A DNA stretch of 64,000 nt from Hormiphora californensis (taxonomy: Eukaryota > Animalia > Ctenophora), in contig CM035351.1 in the NCBI GenBank assembly GCA_020137815.1, positions 992,001 through 1,056,000 of the forward strand, in the 5' to 3' direction. Under the pieces are notes generated by a model. It was not told the origin of the DNA. It ran no database searches and saw only the letters and a list, made by a program, of their open reading frames with translations. Both the position numbers and the translations under genes were made by a program. Below, one piece after another: positions 42,557 through 52,211 of this stretch (positions are counted from its first letter, which is position 1; the number at the start of each line of letters is the position of its first letter).

Positions 42557-45500
42557 CCCAATGTTATCCTTAATTCTCTGAACGTCCTTTGGGTCACATT
42601 GAGATACTAGCTTCGCGGTGTCAAATACATTAGGGTTGTTTGAAGGATGAGAAAACTTGATCTCACCAGTATTTCTATGGATCATAGCAGAACCGAATCT
42701 AACATTTATTTTGATATCATTTTTATATTTGTTTAAGACTTCGTCCACTTTGTGAGTAATTTTATCACTCGGTAAAACTGGAAAATGGTAGACATCCTTT
42801 AGCTTGCCTACTTTACAACTCTTCCGAATCGTGAACCAGTTTTCACGGTACAGATCATGGAGATATTCGGGTACAGTTTGCAGAAATTCGTCCATTATTT
42901 TTTCCATTCACTTATAGCTTGCTATAAATAGTGGTGGGAGTGTTATAAAAAGGAAACCAATTAATACAAGTAAATAAACTCTAGAGGAGAGTTGAGCAAC
43001 ACAACCCAAAAAGTAGAGCGACATAGCCCCAATACAACGTACAGCACCATAGACAAAAGAACAACGTCACAGTCAAAAAGTACAAATAAATAGCTGGCAA
43101 ACGTAGTACAGCACCATAGTATAGCACCATAGACAAAAGTTGAGCACCATGGACAAATGTTGAGCACCATAGACAAAACGTACAGCACCACAGCCTAAAA
43201 GTACGGCACTACAGACAAATAGTTGAACACCACATCCAAAAAGTACAGCACCACAGACAAAATTGAGCACCACAGCCAAAAACTACAGCACCACAGAACA
43301 ATATCGAGCACCATAGACAAAAAGTTGAGCACCACAGAACAATATCGAGCACCATAGACAAAAAGTTGAGCACCACAGAACAATATCGAGCACCACAGAC
43401 AAAAGTTGAGCACCACAGCCAAAATTTGAGCACCATAGACAAAAAGTTGAGCACCACAGCCCACTATAAATAGCTGGCAAACTAGTCATTCTCAAAATGG
43501 AAGAAGTTGACTACAAAAACTTTGCTGCATACTCTCGGATAATTAACCAACACGGATCTGGTTATGATAGTGATGGATATTATGTTTATACACAGAATGG
43601 AGAAGGAATAGGTGGTTTCCTCGCTTCTATATTTCGTGGTGCTCTTCCGATCCTAAGTTCAGCCATCAAAGGGGTGGCAACAGCAGCAGCACCGCATTTA
43701 AAGACGGGTTTAAAACGTGCAGCTAGGGCTGGAGCAGAAAACATGATTCAGACATACAGACCCAATGCAGCTACAACAAGATATGCAAGACCGAAAAGAA
43801 AACGTCAAAGGAGAAAGTTTCGCTTGGCTAAAATTTAGAATAATTCGGAAAAATAGGGTAGTTGACATGAAGATGGGTATATAAGGGTGGAATAAATTTG
43901 CTCTCCATTTCCAATCATGACAGAGTCTCGTCAAGTTGATATTTCTGATTCAGATGATGGATCAATGTGTGATTCTCTATCCTCTATTGTTAGCGATCAT
44001 GAGCACAATCCGTATGATGACTTGCTTGAGTGCTATGGTTTGAAATCTGCGAGTCATCAAACATTTGACGGTATTGAATTCGATGCGGATGAAGAGCGAT
44101 TATTGGAGTTTCTACAAAGTACCAAATCCCTTCCAATAATTCAAAAGGTTTTACAACAGAACCATGAACTAGCCAAGAAGCTTGGTGAAAAAATATATCC
44201 AGTAGAAGAGGATGACGAGGATCAAGTGTGCCCCAATTGTAAAAAGTAGCTATAAAAAGCAGAGTCTTCGTGTTGTTGCCATTTCCATCATCATGATATC
44301 TCGTTTTCTGTCAAAATTCTATCACCGCTCTCCTAACGTCGAGAAGCTTTCTGTTGGAGTCAACACAGATGTTCCCTACACAGATGTTGACAAAGAGGAA
44401 TTTGTGAAGATTTTCAAAATGAAGGATTTTCAGATCCATAGATTTGAACGATTATATCGGCAAAAAGCAAGCGAGTGTCGAGATCATTTGGAGCGGATAT
44501 CAATTTTCGAAAAGCAGGTTAAAGAAAGGGACACACCGAGCAAAGAGTTTTCCGAGTCAATATTATCCAAACAAAATATAGCTGACTTTCTCGAGGTTCA
44601 TCGACTCCTTATGGCAAACAAGTCTGGAAAGGTTCAAAACACCAGATACCTTAAAGCGATCAAAAAACTGTTTATTGGCATACACTATGGTATCGTTCCA
44701 GTGGGTTTTCAAAATTCTCGACTAAGTTCAACTCAACGCAAGATAATACAGCTGGTAAACCGAAAATCGGTTGCGGATATCAAGGTACTCTTTATGGACT
44801 ATACAAAAGACTTTGTTGCTATTTTTAGAACAGTGGGAAAAACATTGGAGTTTTTGAAGACGGTGTGTTGTGATTAGTTTTTTTTTTCTCTAAACAGTAA
44901 AACCCGTGTTTAAAGCGTTTTAAACTTGGCACGAACAATCTCATCATTGTTTTCAATATCTTTATACCACGATAAGAAGCGATCCACTCTTTTCTTGGAA
45001 CTCATTTCATACATAAAATGTGCACAAAAATGTCCACAACTTGTAGTACCCACCAATTGCACAGCCCGAGGAATATACTTACAGCTGTTATAATTACGTG
45101 ATAACTTATAAAAATCCCTAGGGAAGGAATCGTGGGTGGGTGGCCGTCCAAATGAGTCGAAGAACAAGGCTTTTCCGTCTTGAATCCACCAAGCACTTTT
45201 TGCCTATGGTGCTCAACTTTTGACTGTGGCGCTGTACTTTTTAGCTGTGGTGCTGTACTTTTTGGCTGTGGTGCTCAACTTTTGTCCATGGTGCTGTACT
45301 TTTAGGCTGTGGTGCTGTACGTTTTTAACCGTTCCAACGCGTTCTTATGATGTTCCTGTGTGTTCCTGTGATGTGTGAAACAAGCAAGAACACCCGATAA
45401 CGGTGAGTAACAGACTAGGAACACTAGGAACAGATTAAAGCACCAAGGAACTGCTCGGAACACACATAGAGAATTTGGTGTGCACCCTGACCGTAAGTAC

Positions 45501-48500
45501 GGTTGGCTGTCAGGATCAAACATGTTTTCTCTATAGTGATCCTTGTCCCTTGTCAGTGCCAACTGTTTTGACATAATTAATCATGTATGGCACCTTTTGG
45601 CTTTGGTGCTGTTCTTTTTGGTTGTGATGAACTTGTGATGCACAAGCTGTCAATTCTTGATTGCTTTTCATAATTATATTTCATGGGAGGTGGTCAAGCA
45701 AGAGAGTGAGAGAGAGAGTGTGTGTGAATACAAAGGCTGTATGGTTGGATATGATTAAATATAGCTTCAGGGAGTGGGGCAGCTTGTCTAGGATATATCC
45801 ATATATGGATGTATGTGGATCATTCATGGTTATAATTAAAACGGTTTCGGATACTGTAAATGTTAATTACACACTGTGTTAATTTTGTACAGATGGGACT
45901 AGCAGTGTGCAAACATTAAATTATCAAAAATTTGAAATTAATTACACATAATTATGTGAAGCATAATTATATTAATTAATAATATCATGTGGTGTGACGT
46001 CATGAATCACGTGATCTGCAGTTGAGCGCAGTCATGTGACGTCATGAATCACGTGACTGCGCTCAGAATTGAGCACAGTCACGTGACTGCGCTCATTACA
46101 CGGTTTTCCACCTACTTACAACTACCTCCCCATTCAGTTAAACAGATGGAAGGTATCAATTCCCCCAGCCCGGAACAATGTCAGCCTCGTCAGCACCAAC
46201 TGCCTGGAGTTTAGTCTAACGGTAAACGGAGTCTCCCCCAGCTCGGACTACTGCAGACATTTCTTCAGTGCGGGGTGTTCGGTGAAACTGGAGATAAACC
46301 TTAGCAAACTTCTACCCCTCACAATCACGTAAGATACAACAACAACATCGCGTAAGAGTGCCGTTATTTGGTGAATTTGCTCTAGAACTGGTATAGGAAT
46401 AATAGCCCTATAAAGTTCCACCGGTGCATGGAAGGCAGTGTAAACAATGAAGAATGATTGAATTGTCGTGTTAGTGGTAAAGAATTTGGAATATCAAGAC
46501 ACTGAATCTCACTGGGGGTGTAAATTAAATATTTAACATATGATAATTTAACACATGTGCTCGTGTCGGCACTTGCCGTCAGGGCACCTGATGGTTCCAG
46601 AGGGACAATCACCACCGTCTCCACCCTCACAGTAGTCGCAGGTCTTGGCACAGTTCTTCTTCATGTAGTCAACCCATCCGTTGGCACTGCAGTAACTGGA
46701 CCATTTGGCGCAGTCGCTGACATTGTCCTTGCAGTCGGGGTCAGGGTTGGGGCTGGGGCCATCATCGCTCTCATCAGGCTTGTAGTTGGTGGCGGCATCA
46801 GATCCACTGTCGCTAGATCCAGTGCTGGTAAGGGCAGGGTAGCTGGAGTAGTCGTAGAGATGACAGTTGTGGAAGTTCCTGGCGAACTTGACGAATCCCT
46901 GATCTCCCCAGTTGGTTCCCCAGGAGTTCTTGACCAGGATGAAAGATTTAGTGTAACCGACCATGGTGACGGCGTGGTTGGCACTTCCTCTGCAGGTGGT
47001 ATCCTTCATGATGGTTCCATCGTACTGGAAGAACTTGTCGGTGACCTCGAAGGCAACGGCGATGGATCCCTTGGTCAGGGCCTCCAAATGGGCACTCTCA
47101 CTCCTGGAGACGGCGGTGTTTCCGGAGATCTTGTAGGCCTTGGCACCGTTGGCAGTGCTGCTGGATCGGCAAGTTCCGTCAGATCCTCGGTAGGGCATGG
47201 CAGAGGTAGCGGCAATTCGGCCACCGTTCTTGGCACTCCAGTCGTAGCAGTCGCTCATCCATCCACCGTTACATCCGTTCCTCCTTCCCTCGTAGACACA
47301 GTCCAGGTACTCCTGCTCGGCGAAGTTCCTGAGGACACCGCTCTTCTGCTTGTAGTGGGTCTCAAGACCTCCGACAGCTCCGAAAGTCCAGCAAGATCCA
47401 CAAGATCCCTGGTTCTTGACGGGGGTAACATCTCCGGTGTTGGTCCAGAGAACCTTCTCGGGGGCGTTGAAGCTCTGGAGACCAGTGGGCTCGGGTCCCA
47501 TCTCAAGTCCAGAAACGTTGAGTCCAAGGTAGCTCTGTTTCTCCATGGGGGTCATGAAGGAGAACTTGTTGACTGCGTACTGGGCAGTATCCTCAACATC
47601 CTCGTTGTAGTCGGCAACCTTCATGGCAGAGCTCCTGAACAGTCGGAATCGGAAGGAATCCTCGGATCGTCCGAAGTTAAGATGGTTTTTCACCTTCATC
47701 TGCCTGAACAGAGAAGCAGTGGCAGAGGAGGACCTCAGGACGGACCTGAGGGGATCCTCGGCAAAGGCAACAGCCAAAAGGCAAACCAGGACAATCTTCA
47801 TCTTGTAGTTGTAGTTGTTTGGGTAATGATGGAGTGAAGGATGGGGGTATTTATACACTTCTAGTCCCTGTTCTGCCTTCACAACTCGGACCACCCGTCA
47901 ATTCGTTTAGCACATAGTTTGAGCGATTATTCCCCGCAAAACACAATTAGCACGAACCGCCCTTAAAAAACAAAAAAACTTTCCCATCTAAATTAATTTG
48001 ACGGATTTGTTTTTCCACAATAATACCACACCTGTTTCCCCTCTCACAGTTTGATTGCGCCAGAACGTCGCTTTGAGAGGTGCTACATGTGGCTGAGATC
48101 CGAGGCAACTGATGGGGTGTTTCCTCTTGGAGAGAGGGGCATCCTTCCTGCCAGTGAGAACCTGGCTGGGGCTGTGTCATGGAATGCACTGGACCACATT
48201 GAGGTATTATAGTGGGGGGGGGGGGGGGTATTAGGGTATAGTGGGGGAGCGTCTTTCACTAGATCCCGGTTTTAGGGCAGATCATATATATTTTCCTGAT
48301 GCCACGCCACGTGTCGGTGATTGTATGAATGATTTGGTGGTATGGGATGATATGAGAGGGAACAGAGATAGAGGGAGAAAGAGAGATAGAGAGAGAAAGA
48401 TAGAGAGATAGAGAAAGATAGAGAGAGGGAAATGTGGAGAAGTCATGAGATGTGCCACGTCAATTGTCATTGTCATATCTCTGACCTGTCATTAGAGGTT

Positions 48501-48556
48501 GTCGTTGTGTGACTACATCCTGCAGATAATTCCTGATATTATGTTGTACGTGGTTA

Positions 48557-48610
<54 letters not shown>

Positions 48611-48798
48611 TCTATCTCTATCTCTCTCTCTCTCTCTCCCTCTCTCTCTATCTCTCTCTCTCCACCACTTTCTCCCTCTCGAATTACCCAAAACCACTCT
48701 TTCCCACTCCTCCCTATATCCCACCCAGATACGACGACTGTTTTCTTCCGATTGTGTCCGGATAGGCTTTGTTCTTTACAAACCACCGGGCATCTAGA
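40581..48798 (+). CDS. BTB/BACK-domain protein, multi-exon (~40581-40756, 41000-41273, 41449-41639, 41802-41931, 46138-46328, 48050-48203, 48729-48798)
   Basis: YNSPKFSDIAV...VNSMVLASQSPALR (BTB); SEMDVVMLVLYWVE and ILMTIRIHAL (BACK). Downstream exons join in phase (YPQ|LNRWKV...; IT|LIAPERR...; HIE|IRRLF...PGI*). Confidence 0.7.
42555..42907 (-). pseudogene. Truncated Polinton ORF resembling the N-terminal region of Maverick pPolB
   Basis: KINVRFGSAMIHRNTGEIKFSHPSNN matches the remembered Maverick motif KINxxFG...TGExxYxHxSxN; broken at the (AG)n tract next to the TIR. Confidence 0.55.
43070..43462. repeat. Internal ~20-bp tandem repeats (ttgagcaccayagacaaaa), with inverted copies at ~45200-45325
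   Basis: Directly visible; explains the repetitive LWCS/VVLN ORFs. Confidence 0.85.
43497..43838 (+). CDS. Polinton/adintovirus small basic core-like protein
   Basis: Two QxGxG motifs (QHGSG, QNGEG), then IGGFLASIFRGALPIL and an Arg/Lys-rich tail; similar to protease-processed core proteins of Mavericks. Confidence 0.7.
   Translation: MEEVDYKNFAAYSRIINQHGSGYDSDGYYVYTQNGEGIGGFLASIFRGALPILSSAIKGVATAAAPHLKTGLKRAARAGAENMIQTYRPNAATTRYARPKRKRQRRKFRLAKI
43917..44249 (+). CDS. Polinton-borne acidic hypothetical protein
   Basis: 110-aa ATG ORF inside the element; no family recognised. Confidence 0.45.
   Translation: MTESRQVDISDSDDGSMCDSLSSIVSDHEHNPYDDLLECYGLKSASHQTFDGIEFDADEERLLEFLQSTKSLPIIQKVLQQNHELAKKLGEKIYPVEEDDEDQVCPNCKK
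44293..44877 (+). CDS. Polinton-borne hypothetical protein
   Basis: Open frame from 44212, probable ATG 44293, inside the element; no family recognised. Confidence 0.5.
   Translation: MISRFLSKFYHRSPNVEKLSVGVNTDVPYTDVDKEEFVKIFKMKDFQIHRFERLYRQKASECRDHLERISIFEKQVKERDTPSKEFSESILSKQNIADFLEVHRLLMANKSGKVQNTRYLKAIKKLFIGIHYGIVPVGFQNSRLSSTQRKIIQLVNRKSVADIKVLFMDYTKDFVAIFRTVGKTLEFLKTVCCD
44910..45196 (-). pseudogene. 5'-truncated adenain-like (C5) cysteine protease of Polinton
   Basis: AWWIQDGKALFFDSFGRPP ... VQLVGTTSCGHFC supplies the catalytic Asp, Gln and Cys; the His-containing N-terminal part is replaced by tandem repeats. Confidence 0.8.
46548..47801 (-). CDS. Secreted cathepsin L-like papain protease (signal peptide, I29 prodomain, C1A) with a C-terminal ShKT domain; intronless, nested in a BTB intron
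   Basis: MKIVLVCLLAVAFA signal; AVNKFS prodomain; QGSCGSCW, NHAV and KNSWG catalytic motifs; CKDNVSDCAKWSSYC...MKKNCAKTCDYC ShKT. Confidence 0.95.
   Translation of the reverse strand: MKIVLVCLLAVAFAEDPLRSVLRSSSATASLFRQMKVKNHLNFGRSEDSFRFRLFRSSAMKVADYNEDVEDTAQYAVNKFSFMTPMEKQSYLGLNVSGLEMGPEPTGLQSFNAPEKVLWTNTGDVTPVKNQGSCGSCWTFGAVGGLETHYKQKSGVLRNFAEQEYLDCVYEGRRNGCNGGWMSDCYDWSAKNGGRIAATSAMPYRGSDGTCRSSSTANGAKAYKISGNTAVSRSESAHLEALTKGSIAVAFEVTDKFFQYDGTIMKDTTCRGSANHAVTMVGYTKSFILVKNSWGTNWGDQGFVKFARNFHNCHLYDYSSYPALTSTGSSDSGSDAATNYKPDESDDGPSPNPDPDCKDNVSDCAKWSSYCSANGWVDYMKKNCAKTCDYCEGGDGGDCPSGTIRCPDGKCRHEHMC
47848..47856 (-). promoter_or_regulatory. TATA box of the cathepsin gene
   Basis: TATAAATA on the minus strand about 50 nt upstream of ATG 47801. 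Confidence 0.55.
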
Positions 48799-49466
48799 TC
48801 TGGTTCTATAAATAGCAACACCCAACCCAGCTTCCTGTTTCCCAACTTGGCAATAAAATCGGAGACAATAATTGTCGACAATGTGTTTCTTTCACTTCAT
48901 GTCTTCTTCTGAGGGAGAACTAGAAGAACTTCACATCAGTGATGCCCAGTGATGGGACAATTAATTTATTAAATACGATTCTCGAGAAGGAGAGACAGAT
49001 AAAAACTGTGAGAGCCTCGCTATAATTCCAAGCTAACCTGCTTCGCTTTGAATGTTCTTCTGACATAAACTGCTAATAGGGCGGGAATATATACCACATA
49101 TTATAGAGTTTAATAATCGGGCGGGAATATATATTATATACCACATACCTATTATAGAGAGTTTAATAATCGAGCGGGAATATGCCACAGTTTAAATGAA
49201 GCTATAACGCGGAAACCGCATTCCCATACCATTATTATAGGACCTCGCCCCCTAAAATCATCAACTTCCTGTCCCACATAGCGTTTAGCTTGCTGTTAAT
49301 TCATGCTTCCTTGCTCCGTTTAGAAATTCCTTGCTCCGTTTAGAAATTCTATATTACGTGGGACCTTCTGACCATTCCTCGAGATCATTGATCTAGATCA
49401 TTTTGACAGAGACTTCCGTTACGGTATCAGTGGTGCACCGAGAATGCTTGTTATTGCGGTTATCCC

Positions 49467-49595
<129 letters not shown>

Positions 49596-49639
49596 TAGAT
49601 AGAGAGAGAGAGATAGAGAGAGTGAGAGAGAGAGAGAGA

Positions 49640-49679
<40 letters not shown>

Positions 49680-50679
49680 GCGAAGTGTCAGATAGTGTGA
49701 GACCGATATATATGTGGTATTGTGTGCTAAGATTAGCAAGAGGAGGCGTCAAGTTCAATTCACACTTCTCAGTTATTGGATGAGTTGTTGTAGCCTCTAT
49801 AATAATGAGCAGGATGATGCGAGTTCAAGGGCTCGGACACGTTTTCTCGGCCCTTCGAAAATGAAATATCTTCTCTCTGTGTGATGGTTAATTGTCAATC
49901 AACGTATGCGAGGCCATGGTTAGACGAGTGAATCACAGTGCAGCAGTAGCGGCCCCCTCCATTCTCTAATAATACGCCCATACCCTCTCTCTCTCTGACT
50001 CTCTCCCTATCCTCTCTCCTGCTAAGCTGATGCAATGCATAAATTAACTTAATGTCTATGATTATAAAGGAGCAGTGCATGGAGCCTGGAGAATGCAATT
50101 TCCCCGATCACTACTACTGCACCGTCATTCTGCACAGCTGCTGTGGATGCATCAAGAGATTTAGAGACAGCTTGTAGATATATGCTCTAGATATGTTTTA
50201 GCAGTACAGTTGTGTGTCTATATTTTATCGGACACTATCTACTATAACAGTTGCTCCAGTGTGTGTAATGATATTGTGGAGGGTGAGAGATAGAAAGAAA
50301 GAATGATAGAGAGATAGAGAGAGAAAGACTCTTTTAGAGCACTGAAGATTTGTGTAGCGATATTATACCTACCACACCTTTATCGAAAGTTCATTTTTTA
50401 AACGAGCCTTTTTTATATCCCCTTAATTGGACCATCGGAGACTCTGCGTATCTTGGTCAATAAAGCTGAGACCAGAAAGGCGAGGCATGGTACCTCGACA
50501 AAATGAATGAGATTAAACTACTAAGCTAATATGTTCCTGGTGGTTCTTCAGATACACGTGGTTTCATTAGTTATTGCAGTGCTGAATATATTCTTTATTA
50601 ACTTTCTCTTACTACCAATATTCCACTAATATACAAACTCTTACATTAGTTAATTCTCTACATGCGCACATACACAGAA

Positions 50680-50878
50680 AGATTTTGATCATCAGATCAC
50701 ACTTTCTGAGAAAGTGTGATCTGATGATCAAAATCTCATCTTTCGCTATCAGTTTTTGATATTTCTCACGCCCCCTGTTCCATTTCATGATTTTATTCTT
50801 GTCTCTTCATCTAGATGAAGAGACAAGAATAAAGTAGTAACATCATCAAGGGACAGGGGGGGTGTGGGAAATATCAAA
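50680..50878. repeat. Two adjacent palindromes: perfect 28-bp-arm hairpin (50680-50736), and a 42-bp palindrome (50792-50833) within imperfect outer arms (50755-50878)
   Basis: Reverse-complement matches checked by eye. Confidence 0.9.
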
Positions 50879-52211
50879 TCCTAAGCATCTCTTGTCAAGA
50901 TGATTAATCACAGATTTTGCAACATGCATTTCATTAATTTCTCGTGGTTCTTTAACTCTTGGGGCTGATTTATTTTGTAGATTTTACGTTTAAAATCACA
51001 ACATTTTGCAACATGCATTTCATTAATTTCTCGTGGTTCTCAATCTCGTGGGGCTGATTTATTTTGTAGATTTTAAGTTCAAATTCATTTCTCTCCACCA
51101 AACATCCGGGTGTCCCCTCAATGAAACCAGTTAGTGGTCATTTAGCCCCCATCTCAGCCCCTTCTCTCTCAGCATTCGAGTTCAAACTTCAAGGGAGTTC
51201 CGGGTTCAGTTAGGAAGCTATGCATGCACCCTTTATTGTCCCACCAACAACTGTTGTTGTAATTAGAGCACGTCAGACGTCCCACTTTCTATTCGTTCTC
51301 TCCTCTTTTCTTGGTACAAGTTATATGTTTACATATAATTGTTCTCCAATGATCTTGAACTTCTCAAGGCAGTTATTGAGTAACCCCTTACAATGAGGCA
51401 ATGCCCAATAGGATGGTGCTCAAACTGCTCACCTATCATGCTCTGTGTTGTTGCGTAAGGGGTACTAAACAAGCTCTGTGCTCACTTTTTGTTCAAGAGC
51501 GTGGTTATTCAGCTTAACTTCCCGTCACGAATGGTTCTAAATCTCCCTTGTATTCTTAGACTGTCTCGTGTGAAGTCTCTGGGAACAACAATGGTACAAT
51601 TGCTCTCCTTAAACTCCTATTTTCTCTCTTTTTTTCACGGGTGCTTCACCCTAGACTCCCATTTCTTTCCCTTTTTAACTTTAAATACTTCCTGGTCTCC
51701 CTCTGGCCTCTCTGACTCGTTGGTATATGGTATCTTTTTTCTCTACCCATTATTAGACCTATCCAGTGTCTGTCTCCTAGGTACACTTTCGACTCATTGG
51801 CCTGCAGAGATATTATATATCTGGTATTTTGGTACCGTCATATGTCCAAATATCCGTATTGCCCAGTAGACTCCTAATAGGCAAGGACTGATTCTGTTTT
51901 GCCCAACGTTGCTAGACCAGTCATAGAGTTGTGTGGTTTTGGTCAAATCTGAATTTAAAACTAGATCAGACAGAAACCACAAGGAAAATAAAAGGAGATG
52001 AAACTCAGTAGTTTTGCCCATAATTTCTAATACAGAGTTTGTACCCCTAGCTAAACATTTGGTAGCGAAGTTACCTTGTAGGCATGTCCTATTACCGCGA
52101 TGCCGATGCAGCCTAATCTTTTTATTTAGATACTACTCTAATATAAACCTAGGAACTTGTTCCCCTAACCCATAACCCCATCTTAAAAGTGATATTGCAG
52201 TTTTGAAAGAG

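Larger units (their letters stand above)
42128..46116. mobile_element. Non-autonomous Polinton/Maverick deletion derivative, 3989 bp
   Basis: Termini AGTAGGTGG...CCACCTACT; ~400-bp near-perfect TIRs (42128-~42530, ~45711-46116); 6-bp TSD TACAAC (42122-42127, 46117-46122); remnants of Polinton-type ORFs. Confidence 0.92.

Noticed and set aside
42961-43495. Several Cys/Trp-rich minus-strand ORFs
   Set aside because: Products of the ~20-bp tandem repeat inside the Polinton.
46548-47801. Silicatein
   Set aside because: The catalytic residue is Cys (QGSCGSCW), not Ser.
46557-47837. 426-aa plus-strand ORF
   Set aside because: Antisense shadow of the codon-biased cathepsin gene.
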